From the NCBI GenBank assembly GCA_964016885.1, contig OZ024741.1, positions 127,224,001 through 127,288,000 of the forward strand: a DNA stretch of 64,000 nt. The letters are read 5' to 3'. The stretch is from Eledone cirrhosa (Eukaryota). This document shows positions 12,604-29,196 of the stretch, piece by piece (positions within the stretch are counted from its first letter, which is position 1; the number at the start of each line of letters is the position of its first letter). Both the position numbers and the translations under genes were made by a program. The notes under the pieces were generated by a model. That model did not search any database. It was not told the origin of the DNA and worked only from the letters and a program-made list of their open reading frames with translations.

Positions 12604-14362
12604 TTACATTTTAAATTTAAATTTATATTTAAACGTTGAGTTCAATCTATGTCTGCAGCAACTGAATAAATTTGTCCGTAGATTAAGGGAATTTTTAGAT
12701 TTTAGTATAAAGAATATCTCCTCCGCACAGAGGTCACATGTCTCAGAGGATGAATTAAAAGGAATCCCCCTTGAAACTATATTCCAAGTCGTCGAATATC
12801 TAACGTTATCATGCCTAAGTTGCCAGAGTACGCCTGATAGTGCTGTTGAAGATTTTTTGGATGGATCTGTGAAAGAATTCTTGTGGTTGTTATAGCGAAG
12901 TTTAAATTCCGTCGATGTAGAACCAACGTAGTTAAAAGAATTAACGTCCGTTTTAACATTACAGTTGTATATTATATTTTTAACTAAGCAGTTGTTATTT
13001 AACGGACATTTAGATCTATCTCTACAGTTACATTTGTTAACTTGGATATTATTTATGCTATTATCGCTAGGTTTTAAGTTCCTGTTATTTATTCTATTAA
13101 TATTTTGCGCTAAATTGTTGGATGAGTAGGTTAGTTTTATAGTATGTCTATTGAAAATTGAGTGATACCTATGTGTTCTAGGGAAGCGATTATCGAGAGC
13201 TTTAAAAAATAGTTTAGCAATGTGGGTTTTAATGTTTAGTGAGAAAGGGGGGGCAAACCATATTATATTCCTAGTTCTATTTCTTTTATGGCTTTTTGGA
13301 ATTATTGTAATGCTTTCTATTATAGTTGTTAAGGTTGTGGCCATAATTAAAATAGTTGTTATTTTGTTTAATTTGTTTATCATTATCTATGTACATAATT
13401 GTATCACTATATCCTGCTCTAGCTAACGCTTCATTGTAATAATGGGCTTTTTCGTCGAAAATCTTTTTATTAGATGAGATTCTAGAGATACGTGATTGAA
13501 CAGAGTTTACTATAGTATTTTTAACAGATTTGGGGTGGTTAGAGTTAAAGCTGACATAGTTTAAGTTTTCATTCAACTTGTGAAATGGATAGTGAAGACA
13601 TATGTTGAGATTTAATGTTATATCTAGGAAGTTGACTATTCTATGGCTATTCTCAATTTCTATTTTTAGATTAAAGTGATTAAAAAATTGTGTAATTTGT
13701 TTTCTTTTTCTATTTAGTTCAGAGTTATTATTATCAATAAGTAAAAGCATGTCATCTCTATATAAACCTCCGGTAGTACCAGGTATTTTCCTATGCAGCG
13801 AATTGATTAAAAATAAGCCCACAAGGTCAGTTACCTGAGCTGAGTCGGATGATCCCATAGTAATGTCAAAATTGTTATCTCTATCTGCTCGGGTCCATAG
13901 TTGGTTATTAAATTCTATCAATGTTTTCCTAGCCGATAATATAATGTGCATTTCATTGCTAGTTAGGTCTGTATGTTTGAATGCGTAATTTAGTGCCTTA
14001 TTTAGTAGATTAGGGGTAATGGAAGAATAATAGTTAGCAATATCAAGTTGAATAAACTTATTATTATTGTTATATTTAATTTGCTTAAACCACTCAACAA
14101 CCTCACCAGTTCCCTTCCACAAGCTCAGGTTAGGTAAACAACTCAAGTTTTTAATTTGCTGTATCACCCTGTCAAGAATGTTTTTGCTTAGTTTACCCAG
14201 GTCCGATTTTGATGGTGCAATCAATCTGACTGGCAAGTCATTCTCGAAATTTCTCTTATGATCTTTCATATTGATCTTCGGTTTCCTGGGCACGAAAGGT
14301 TTTGTTCTGTTCTCGATTTCCAACTCGTGCATTATACAAGATGCCTCAACATTCATTTTCAC
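12604..14362 (-). pseudogene. Naiad-like PLE RT + GIY-YIG (one frameshift near 13286-13383)
   Basis: RT motifs PVRLIAP, LDIANYYSSI, ITMGSSDSA, GLYRDDML, FLDITL. Endonuclease KCNCR...CPL...CL..NIIY...YVGSTSTEFKLRYNNH...CDLC...CRH. Confidence 0.9.
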
Positions 14363-14695
14363 TAGCTCGGCCTTATCTGCTACCTTGTTTTCGTGTGAAT
14401 TGGGAGTTTATAATTATGATATAAACATATGAATTTTTAAAAACTAGACATAAGATCATTACTTTTCACACATTATAGATACATGTCTCATTCATGAATA
14501 CTGGTACTTACATTATAATGCCTGTTTTATACGAACTAATATTTTCTACGGATAAAACATAGCGGTTTTAAATTCTGCATCGTTTATGTCTGGTTATGTT
14601 TCATTTTCTCTTTTTCATTTTCTCTTTTTTCTCTCTATATAACGGCTATTTTCTCTCTTAACTACATACATCTCTCTTTACATTAATACTAGAGC

Positions 14696-14726
<31 letters not shown>

Positions 14727-15032
14727 ATGTATCAACCGATACTCAACTTCCTAATTTCTCTATCTATCTCTATCTATCTCTTTCTTTTTTCCTCTCTCTA
14801 TATATATTTCTCTCTGTTTCTTTACATGAAGTTCTTCTCTTTATCTATCTTTCTATATCCCTCTATTTAGTCACATGCATTTCTTCTTTTTCTTCGTTTC
14901 TCTTTCTTTCTCTCTTTATCTCTTTCTTTTTACAACTGTCCACAATATTTTTTACTACCAAATCAACCTCCCAAATGCAAGGTGATTGAAAGGTATGTCG
15001 TATCTATTTATTTATAAGACTGTTTATATTGT

Positions 15033-15096
15033 ATTTTGTCTGAAGATGGCATAACATATTGTTAATATGATATCCCTGAAATATATATAACGAAAT
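15033..15096 (+). ncRNA. Hammerhead ribozyme in pLTR
   Basis: ATTTTGT-CTGAAGA-TGG...CATATT(GTT)AATATG...CCT-GAAA-TATATA-TA-ACGAAAT, AUA site. Confidence 0.75.
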
Positions 15097-15134
15097 AAAT
15101 ATGGTTTTATAAATATAGTTTCCATTTATTTAAT

Positions 15135-15220
<86 letters not shown>

Positions 15221-15461
15221 GGAGCGAGTCTGTCTTTGTGCCTCTATATACGGACACGTGTGTGTATGTGCGTGTGCGTGTCTATGTATATGCCTGTACG
15301 TGTTTGTGTATATGAGCAGATATGCACGTACGCATGTGTGTGTCCATGTATGCGTGTGCGTGTTTGCGTGTGAGAGGTGATGTACGCGGGCATGTAGGCA
15401 GGCGTCTGTGGACTCGTATGTTGTTAGTTATATGGTTGTGTGCGTGTGTGTGTGTATGTGA

Positions 15462-15514
<53 letters not shown>

Positions 15515-15545
15515 TATATATATATATATATACATATATACATAT

Positions 15546-15622
<77 letters not shown>

Positions 15623-16107
15623 GGTATATATGTGTATATATATATGTATATATGTATATTTGTCTGTATGTGTATATGTGTATGTATGTATGTGGGTATA
15701 TGTGTATATGTGTGGACGAGTGGACTTGTGAAATACCAAACCCAGCATGAATTCATTGAAGTGTGTCAGGCAGAGGGTAGCTGATGGACAGTCTGACAGC
15801 AACTATTGGCCAGAATCTATGATGACGTTGAAAAACAACAGCCAACAGCAGGACAAGCGAGGGAGATGTTTTTTTACGCCCTGTGAGAAAATTTGATCCG
15901 GTATTATTGCCAGTGTCCGACGAACCTGCAGTTCCAGAATCAGACAGATCCATACAATGATCGTGTCTCGAGCTGTCTGCCGGCGAAACAATTGTAACAC
16001 ACAATAAATTGAGTCCAGATGCATCACTGATTTTTCGTTTTATATTATATATTTATATACATATATATATGGTTATATATATATATATATATTTATATAA
16101 ATAAATC

Positions 16108-16510
16108 AAAATTATCGCTCTATATGGCTGAATACATTAAATGTAATAATCTGAGTTTTTCGAATATTAATGATAATATTCGATTTGTTTGCAATTATGC
16201 AAACAAGCTTCATTTTTAAAGCCATGTCAGTAGAATGGGCCCCTCATTCTTGCTCTTGTGTTGGCATGTAAACAGAGCTGCAGACACTAATGTTTCCGGG
16301 TATCACCCTTCATCAGTACATTTCACTGTTCACCTACCAACTGTCAGGGTTAGCGAAAATATATGATATTTTCTACAATATACAGTGACTAATCGGCCTG
16401 ATTTGCATATTAGCAGACTGGCTGATCAGTCAAATCTGCATATTAGCAGATCCACTGGTCAGCCAGATTTGCATCTCACCAGATAGGCCGGTCAGTTTCC
16501 TGCATACGAG
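16108..16510 (-). mobile_element. Family C copy with HHR (16279-16320) and three ~33 bp repeats (two with a perfect octamer)
   Basis: TGTA-CTGATGA-A-GGGT(GAT)ACCC-G-GAAA-CATTAGTG-TC-TGCA. ATTTGCAT at 16401 and 16467. Confidence 0.8.
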
Positions 16511-16524
16511 CGATTAATGGCCGG

Positions 16525-16590
<66 letters not shown>

Positions 16591-16908
16591 GATGGGGAGG
16601 GAGGGTTTAAAATGAAAAAAAAACGAGATGTCCTTCACGTGTGAAAGTTTAAGGAAAAAAGAGGAGTCTTTTTAAGAATATTTATTTGGCTCATTTGCCG
16701 CTTTCGCAGTCTTATGCTTTGCAAAAGTAAAATTGAGATGGAGGGTTTGTGGTTTTTCTCAACCACAAACCCTTTTCGATTTCATCTTTTCATTTCATCT
16801 TTTTTCCTTATATATATATATATACCAGCATGGCGTCCGTCGGATGGCTGGAGCAGGTAAAAGAGTAAAAGAGTATATATATCATATATAATATATCTAT
16901 CTATCTAT

Positions 16909-17195
16909 CTAAGACGGGTAAAATTCCCGAGATCCATTTACGAGTTCTCTCGAGCGGTCTCTGTCCCTCATTATCGCTGCCATGTCCTGCATCTCCAACA
17001 GACCAGTGTCTGTCCTTAGGGCATCAACATACGTTAACCTTGGTCTTCCTCTTCTAGTGTGTCCATGTAGGGGCTCCCAAAGGAGTACTGAGTGCAATGT
17101 CAACTCTGGATGTCGGTGAGCATGTCCAGCTAACCTCAGTCTCCTCTGTGTCACTTTTGAGCTGACTTTTGGGATGCTCCCATACAGCTCTGAGT
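16909..17195 (-). pseudogene. RTE-clade LINE 3' fragment
   Basis: RRLRLAGHAHRHPE...RGRPRLTYVD. Nearly identical to 34728-35212. Confidence 0.85.
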
Positions 17196-17239
17196 TTTTT
17201 TTATTTTTTATAATATATATATATAGATATATATATGTA

Positions 17240-18000
17240 TATAAAGATTTACATATACATAAAGTCACTGATATATATGTGGCAACCGGTCACGATGTGG
17301 CTCAATGAAGAATTAATAAATTAAATAATCAGAGCAATATATCATAAATCATGTCCTTAGAATTATTAGATAAAATAATTCTTCATTGAGCCACATCGTG
17401 ACCGGTTGCCACATATATATCTGTGACTTTATGTATATGTAAATCTTTATATTTAATAATCTCCCGTTGGGTTGAGATGCAATTGAGCGATATTGAGCTG
17501 CGCTTTCTAGCAACCAGCCTACTCGCCGTAAGCAACTAATCACATACTTTCTAACTTGACCACTGCCACGTCACGATTCTTAGCCATTTTTTAAATCTAT
17601 TTCTGGCGCGATCGCTTTGGAAAATTAACTGTCCTATTGAGTTTGTCTCCTGATGAGTTCGATACTCAAGATTTATCCTTAATAATAGGATATCTCAAAA
17701 TACGAACGAAACCATGGTAGATATGTAATTACGGTATGTACACGTTTCTTCTAACTTTAAATTTATACCTAATTGTGTATGGTTGACAGTATATTTAGTC
17801 AGTTTCTACATGCTGTTGAAATGTTGGGTAAATACTCTATTGTGGTCAACCGCGAAGAGGCCGCTTTCGGTTATTTATCAAATATTTCTTCATAGGAGCC
17901 TTTATTCTTATAGCCTGGTCTAATTGATTTTTTATATGGTTAATTATGCTAATTGGGAGAGGAAATGGTATATATTTTATCTAATAATTCTAAGGACATG

Positions 18001-18005
<5 letters not shown>
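17240..18005 (+). mobile_element. HHR-bearing family G with a 5' fold-back (17240-17315 / 17377-17452)
   Basis: HHR 17644-17725 CTGATGA-GTTCG...CGAAC-GAAA-CCATGG-TA. Segment 17345-17378 is an inverted copy of the 3' end 17972-18005. Diverged copy at 23690-24127. Confidence 0.75.
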
Positions 18006-18040
<35 letters not shown>

Positions 18041-18046
<6 letters not shown>

Positions 18047-18422
18047 GACGTAAAATAAGAACATTTTTTTTTTAAATTAAAAATTAACTTACTTACTAAA
18101 ATTTTCACTCCAACTAATTAGTTTCTGTAATGGGATAAAGATAGTTACGTAATATAACCATCGAGAATTCATTACGTAATGAATTCTAGATGGTTATATT
18201 ACGTAACTATCTTTATCCCATTACAGAAACTAATTAGTTGGAGTGAAAATTTTAGTAAGTAAGTTAATTTTTAATTTTTTTTTTAATTTTTCTTATTTTA
18301 CGTCTTTCATATTATTGTTCTGCATCCTCCTGTATTGAACCACCTAGGTACTATGACATAACTTATGTATTTGCTAGCATTAGTGTACATCTGTACGCAT
18401 ATGTTGGTAGATATACTAATTC

Positions 18423-18428
<6 letters not shown>
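18041..18428. mobile_element. Fold-back pLTR fragment: ~135 bp palindrome (apex 18175/18176) plus ~120 nt tail
   Basis: Arms are reverse complements. Contains the HHR 3' half GAAA-CTAATTAG-TT-GGAGTG. Short related piece at 10668-10714. Confidence 0.75.
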
Positions 18429-18494
<66 letters not shown>

Positions 18495-19259
18495 TGTTCG
18501 ATAAAAAAACATTAAAAATACAATATGTTAAAATTGGAATCTAATATTGAAATGAGAATGTCGTTTCTATTGTTACAATTTCTATCCATCTATAGAGCAA
18601 AGACGTACGTATATGAATCATTCGACTGTAACAGATAAACATGGTTTTCGTGACCAAGAAATTAGCCTGTTCCATCTACAGGAGAGTGAATTGCAAATGA
18701 CGAGAGGAACTGATTCAGTTAAACCAGTTTAATCAATTCCGTTTCTAAGTAGACAATATACGACATATGAAATGAATACGAGGGAAGGAATATTGATTTT
18801 GATTTCGTATAAGTAACAAAGTCACAATGATAACATTCAATAGACATGTAAATGTAATATCTCAGCAGTGAATAAATTTCTGTCTGGAAGCGAGTTCTAA
18901 AAAAATGATTTAATTATTTATATGAACGACTAACAGTGGAGCTTCTGAGTAGACTGAGTAGACTGGAGCAACGTGAAATAAAGTGTCCTGTTAAAGAATC
19001 AACGCGCTGCCCAGGCCAAACACCCTAACGACTAAGCCACGTACCTTCACTATGCTATTTAAGACATTCACTTAGAGCTATGTATTTGGAAATATTCTCC
19101 ATATACATATATAACAATTGGGGTTGAATATGAAGAGAGACATCCAAGGTGATAGTAAATTATTTAATAGAGATTAATAGAGATAATAATACGTCAAGAC
19201 ATCATAATAAATAGCTACAAAATATCATCTATAATGAATATATATATGTATGTGTATAT

Positions 19260-23669
<4,410 letters not shown>

Positions 23670-23689
23670 TGTATATATATATATATACA

Positions 23690-24125
23690 ATAAAGTTTGT
23701 CCATAGAATCATTTGATAAAATATATACACCATCTCCTCTCCCAATCAGCATAATCAACCACACAATAAACCAATTAAACAAGGCTGTAAGATTAAAAGG
23801 CACCTATGAAGAAATAATAGATAAATAAACTACAGCTATCTATCCGCGATCAACAGCTATAGAATATTTACCCACCATTTCTAATAGCACGTGGAAATCG
23901 ATTAAATATATCGTCAACCATACACAATTAGGTATAAAATCAAAGTTAGAAGAAAAAATGTATATAAACATACCAAAATTATGTTTCTACCCCATGAGGT
24001 TTCATTCGCTTTTTGGAAATATCCGATCAAGGATAAATTCACGAGTTTCGAAATCATCAGGAAACAAACTCACTTGGACGAAGATTTTTCTTAAATGATG
24101 CCCGCCATAAACGAATTCAAAATGG

Positions 24126-24127
<2 letters not shown>
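23690..24127 (-). mobile_element. Family G copy with HHR at 23982-24066
   Basis: TGTTTC-CTGATGA-TTTCG...CGAAT-GAAA-CCTCATGGGG-TA-GAAACA, perfect 6-bp stem I. Confidence 0.75.
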
Positions 24128-24214
<87 letters not shown>

Positions 24215-24464
24215 GAGAGAGAGAGATAGGGGGGGAGAGAGGAGTGAGAGACGTATATATATATATATATATATATATAAATTTTGAATATATGTTGGTT
24301 GTTTACCGACAGTTTCTCAGAGAAATAATAACGCAACCAGGAGCTGGACATATCGATGTATTGACGGAGTAAAACACACTTCAACAACATGTGTACATGT
24401 CTTTCCCACACCAATTCGGACTGCCTGAGGAGGTCACAGCCAAATATTACATATTTGACTTAAT

Positions 24465-24530
<66 letters not shown>

Positions 24531-24852
24531 CTGAGTATGTGTGCTTTATATATGTGTGTGTGCGCGTGTTAATGCGTGTGTGTGTGTAGCCAGCTGGTGA
24601 GTAATACTAATTGCTATAGGTAATACGTGTTTCAATTGGATGTAAGATGCTGAGTATTTATATCAAGAATGAGAGACGAAGTTTTAATTTAACATATTTT
24701 ATTAAGTGTAACATCAGTATACGTACATCTGATTGTGCAAATCAAATCTAGAATCGAACTACAAGATTAATATTACATAAATGCTTGTGACTCAGAGCTA
24801 TTGTGCGTGATTACAAATAAAATATGTTGAATTGAAACTTCTATCTCTCATT

Positions 24853-24945
<93 letters not shown>

Positions 24946-24952
24946 AATTTAC

Positions 24953-25367
24953 AAATGGAAACTATATTTATAAAACCATATTTATTTCATTATACATATT
25001 TCAAGGACACCAAAGCAAATTATGGTGCGCTTTCATCAGATAAAATATAGATCAGTTTTATAAACAAATATTGACGTACCCTTAAAGAATGCAACCATGT
25101 CGGGAGCATCCAACCGACATGGTCGCATTCTTTAAGGGTACGTCAATATTTGTTTATAAAACTGATCTATATTATATTTTATCTGATGAAAGCGCACCAT
25201 AATTTGCTTTGGTGTCCTTGAAATATGTATAATGAAATAAATATGGTTTTATAAATATAGTTTCCATTTGGTAATATATTGTATTTTTACTCCAAAAATT
25301 TGTTGAGTGTTTTATATTAGTTATAAAAATATTTGCTTGTTGTATCCCAACAAATTAAATATAACTT

Positions 25368-25372
<5 letters not shown>
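24953..25372. mobile_element. Fold-back pLTR related to the 11110-15140 Naiad-like element, with HHRs at 24984-25046 (-) and 25176-25238 (+) and ~100 nt tail
   Basis: ATTTTAT-CTGATGA-AAGCGCACCA...TGGTGTCCTT-GAAA-TATGTA-TA-ATGAAAT. Tail homologous to 11110-11200 and 53962-54105. Confidence 0.85.
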
Positions 25373-25400
<28 letters not shown>

Positions 25401-25438
25401 TTTATGTATGTATATATATATATGTATATATCTATATA

Positions 25439-25527
<89 letters not shown>

Positions 25528-25612
25528 AAAAGGTAAACAGAAATAACAACACAAGCGGTACAGTATATGGAAGGTATATATTAGGTTAACGCTTGATAGA
25601 GCAGGAAGACGG

Positions 25613-25648
25613 TCGTAACGTTTCGAACGCTAGTCCTTCATCAGAAGA
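25613..25648 (-). ncRNA. Minimal hammerhead ribozyme
   Basis: TCTT-CTGATGA-A-GGAC(TAGC)GTTC-GAAA-CG-TT-ACGA, one stem I mismatch. Confidence 0.6.
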
Positions 25649-25897
25649 AAAAATGAGAAATAAAATAGATTGAGGAGACGGGCGGGTTGGAACTGGAAAA
25701 ACTGTCTTTAGATAAAAATAACATGTCCATTCATGTTGACATCTCGTGCAAAACTGTTGGTGCTGGCGTTTTGTGTATGATTTGTTTTTTAGAAAAGTGG
25801 ATAATGGCAGGCGTCTACCTGAAATGGAAAATAAAACCGTTATATATATATTTCTATACATATTGTATGAAGCTATGCTTGAAGCGAAATCTTATTT

Positions 25898-26223
<326 letters not shown>

Positions 26224-26387
26224 AATAAGATTTCGCTTCAAGCATAGCTTCATACAATATGTATAGAAATTTCGTATTTCTAAAGAAATACGGTTTTAGG
26301 AAGCCGTTGATTTGCAAACACCGGGGCCAACTATTTCTTTAGAAATACGAAATTTCTATTCATATATATATATATATAACAAAGTAT

Positions 26388-26453
<66 letters not shown>

Positions 26454-26523
26454 CAAAGTATAACAATATATATTGTTATATATTGTTATATATATGTATA
26501 TATATATTGTTATATATATATAT

Positions 26524-27438
26524 ATTCATTAGTTAAGCAAAACAAGACCACAAATTTCACAAGGAAGACATTTTTAAAAGATTGTCAACATATTTTAGTT
26601 TGATGTAAGGAATGTAGAGAATAGCCTTTACGCTTTGGCTAACTATATATATATATATTTCGTTTCTGAATTTGTTTAGCAAGATTCTTTATCTGAAAAC
26701 GTGTGTTGAAACCGATATTGTTATACTTTGGGAGGGTCATGTTGCCAATAAGAAACACACGCACCAGTTGCTTTCACTCCAATTTATTATAAATTAAATT
26801 ATAAATTTAAACACATTTATAAATTTCCGGTTGGTTGGTTGGTTGGTTCCACAACCGGACGATTGTTCATATATTGTCAAATTTCTTTCGTCACACATTC
26901 TGTGACCTCTTCAGTGACTGGGGATTCTTCTCTTTGTTTCGTGCCTCTCCTTTGTTCTGTCTTACGCCATCTTGTTTTTGAACACACACGCAAACAAGAT
27001 GGCGTAGGACAGAACAAAGGAGAGGTACAAAACAAAGAGAAGAATCCCCAGTCACTGAAGAGGTCACAGAATATTTGACGAAAGAACTTTGACAATATAT
27101 GAACAACCGGCCGGTTGTGGAACCAACCAACCAACCAGAAATTTATAAAAAAAAAATTTAATTTATAATTTAATTTATAATAAATTGGAGTGAAAGCAAC
27201 TGGTGCGTGTGTTTCTTATTGGCAACATGACCCTCCCAAAGTATAACAATATCGGTTTCAACACACGTTTTCAGATAAAGAATCTTGCTAAACAAATTCA
27301 GAAACGAAATATATATATATATAGTTAGCCAAAGCGTAAAGGCTATTCTCTACATTCCTTACATCAAACTAAAATATGTTGACAATCTTTTAAAAATGTC
27401 TTCCTTGTGAAATTTGTGGTCTTGTTTTGCTTAACTAA

Positions 27439-27445
<7 letters not shown>
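26524..27445. mobile_element. ~920 bp palindrome: two family A copies (HHRs 26876-26918 -, 27051-27093 +), each extended by the same ~120 bp unrelated segment
   Basis: Arms 26524-26980 and 26993-27445 are reverse complements with scattered mismatches. Confidence 0.9.
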
Positions 27446-27513
<68 letters not shown>

Positions 27514-27896
27514 GTTTATATATATATGTGTGTGTGTGCGTGTGTGTGTATATGCTTCAACAGTTTTCATCTATCAAAATTTTCACTCATAGTGTATTGG
27601 TCAAATCGAAACTATATTAAAAAGTACACTTGCCGAAGGTGTCATCCAGTAAGATTCCACCCTGAACTGCGGTGTTACGAAACGAGGTTCTTGAGTAAAC
27701 ACTTGGAAAATTGTTTCAACTTTCTATCAATTTGTATAGCAGCAAATGAACCACATTGTATAATGATATCCATCTTGCGTGTAACATTGTATTCAACTTA
27801 GTACTTACTTCTAGAATTCACTTCATTTTTTAACCAAGAGAGATTATTTCTGTCTGAAATCTTTACATCGTTATCGTTTACATAATTTACTATTGT

Positions 27897-28190
27897 GAAG
27901 GCACGTGGCCTACTTGTAAGGGTGTTGGACATACGATCATAATGTCGTGAGATCGATTCCTGGCCTGGACCGATTTGTGTGTTGCGTTCTTGAGTAAAAT
28001 ACTTCATTTCACGTTGCTCCAGTATATTCAGCTAAAAATGAGTGTCAACAGTGGCTGAGGGTTTAACCTTACGATGGACTGGCGTTCTGTCCAGGGGGAA
28101 GTATTTTTACTGTTAGTGGCTTAACGCCACGGAAACTGGGATAAGTACCGGCCTCGTGTGCCTCCGCGCTTAAGACAGATTTTTTACTTT
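27897..28190 (+). mobile_element. tRNA-derived CORE/V-like SINE
   Basis: tRNA-like head, TTCTTGAGTAAAATACTTCATTTCACGTTGCTCCAG core. Reverse-strand relative at 28560-28815. Confidence 0.7.
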
Positions 28191-28271
28191 AATTTGCTAT
28201 GTTCTTCTACACAATGTTACAAATAGTGTTTTCTGTACACCATAATGATGGTGTACAGAACATAGATTTAC

Positions 28272-28391
28272 ATTTCTTGTCAGCTTTCTCACTCCTGAAC
28301 TAAATCCAATCAGAGACAGTTCGTAGCTTCCAAGTGTTTGCTGCATGGCAGTGATGATCTTTATTGCCTTCCTTGATTTAGTAGCGTTTCC
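28272..28391 (-). CDS. Possible isolated host-gene exon (unidentified)
   Basis: AG acceptor, one open frame GNATKSRKAIKIITAMQQTLGSYELSLIGFSSG(VRKLTRN), candidate donors GTGAGA or GTAAAT in phase 0. Polypyrimidine tract is weak. Confidence 0.25.
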
Positions 28392-29024
28392 CTATAGATT
28401 AGTAACTACTATTACTCAGTAATAGCTGTTTAAATTATATCTTAGTCATATACGATTCTCTATAGCTTCCGACAATGTTTTTTTTTTTGTTTGGAAATAA
28501 ATCAACCTAGCAAAGATAATTAAATAACAAGCCACAAAACAAAGCATCTAAAAGTCTGTCTCAAACCCGGAGGCTCATCAGATCGGTGCTTCTCCCGGTT
28601 CCTGTGGTACTAAGCGACTGAGAGTACGAGACTCCCCCTTGGACAGGACGCCAGTCCATCTCAGAGCTAAAACCCAGCTATTGCTGATACTCATTTTCAG
28701 CTGAGTATACTGGAGCAACATGAAATGAAGTGTTTTGCTCAAGAACCCATCACACAACCCAGACCAGGAATCGAACCCATGACATTATGATCGTAAGTCC
28801 AACACCACTACCATAGTATAATATATAAAAATGTATGGACGCAGCATAGCAATTATTAATTTCACGAGCAGCCTCTGTTGATTGAACAACTGAAACATTC
28901 ATCGTCGAAACTGACGGAGATTTATTCCATTCTATATAAAACATATTTATTGTCACTGCAGAATTCCGAATATCAAAAAAAAATATCCACAGGTTTTCAA
29001 CTATAGCTGAAATGTCTAAGCTTT

Positions 29025-29196
29025 TAACGAGAACCAAAATTAATGTTATTAAATGTATTCATGGTGAGACAAAATATTCATATCCTTTATAAGTTAGTGA
29101 CAAACATGTAAAACATGATCGACAGCAGAATTACTGTCAGTGACGAGGAGTTTGAGACGGTTAACCACTTCAAATACCTAGACGCCATCATCAACA
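29025..29196 (+). pseudogene. Degenerate LINE (RTE-like) RT fragment
   Basis: Encodes DEEFETVNHFKYLDAIIN, an FKYLG-type RT motif. Confidence 0.55.

Larger units (their letters stand above)
11110..15140 (-). mobile_element. Naiad-like Penelope element with ~750 bp inverted pLTRs (11198-11948 / 14386-15140) and ~90 nt tail
   Basis: Near-perfect inverted repeat around the RT-EN ORFs, flanked on both sides by (TA)n. Confidence 0.92.

Noticed and set aside
11198-15140. Long palindromes as sequencing fold-back artefacts
   Set aside because: Arms differ by substitutions or indels, the ends recur across independent loci, and the layout matches known PLE structure.
15761-16002. GAAA-CAATTG-TA-ACACAC with upstream GTGTGT as a hammerhead
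   Set aside because: The 3' half fits but the CTGANGA core is missing; at most a deleted remnant.
16400-16495. 33-bp repeats as a CRISPR-like array
   Set aside because: These are contiguous tandem repeats without unique spacers, in a eukaryotic context with no cas genes.
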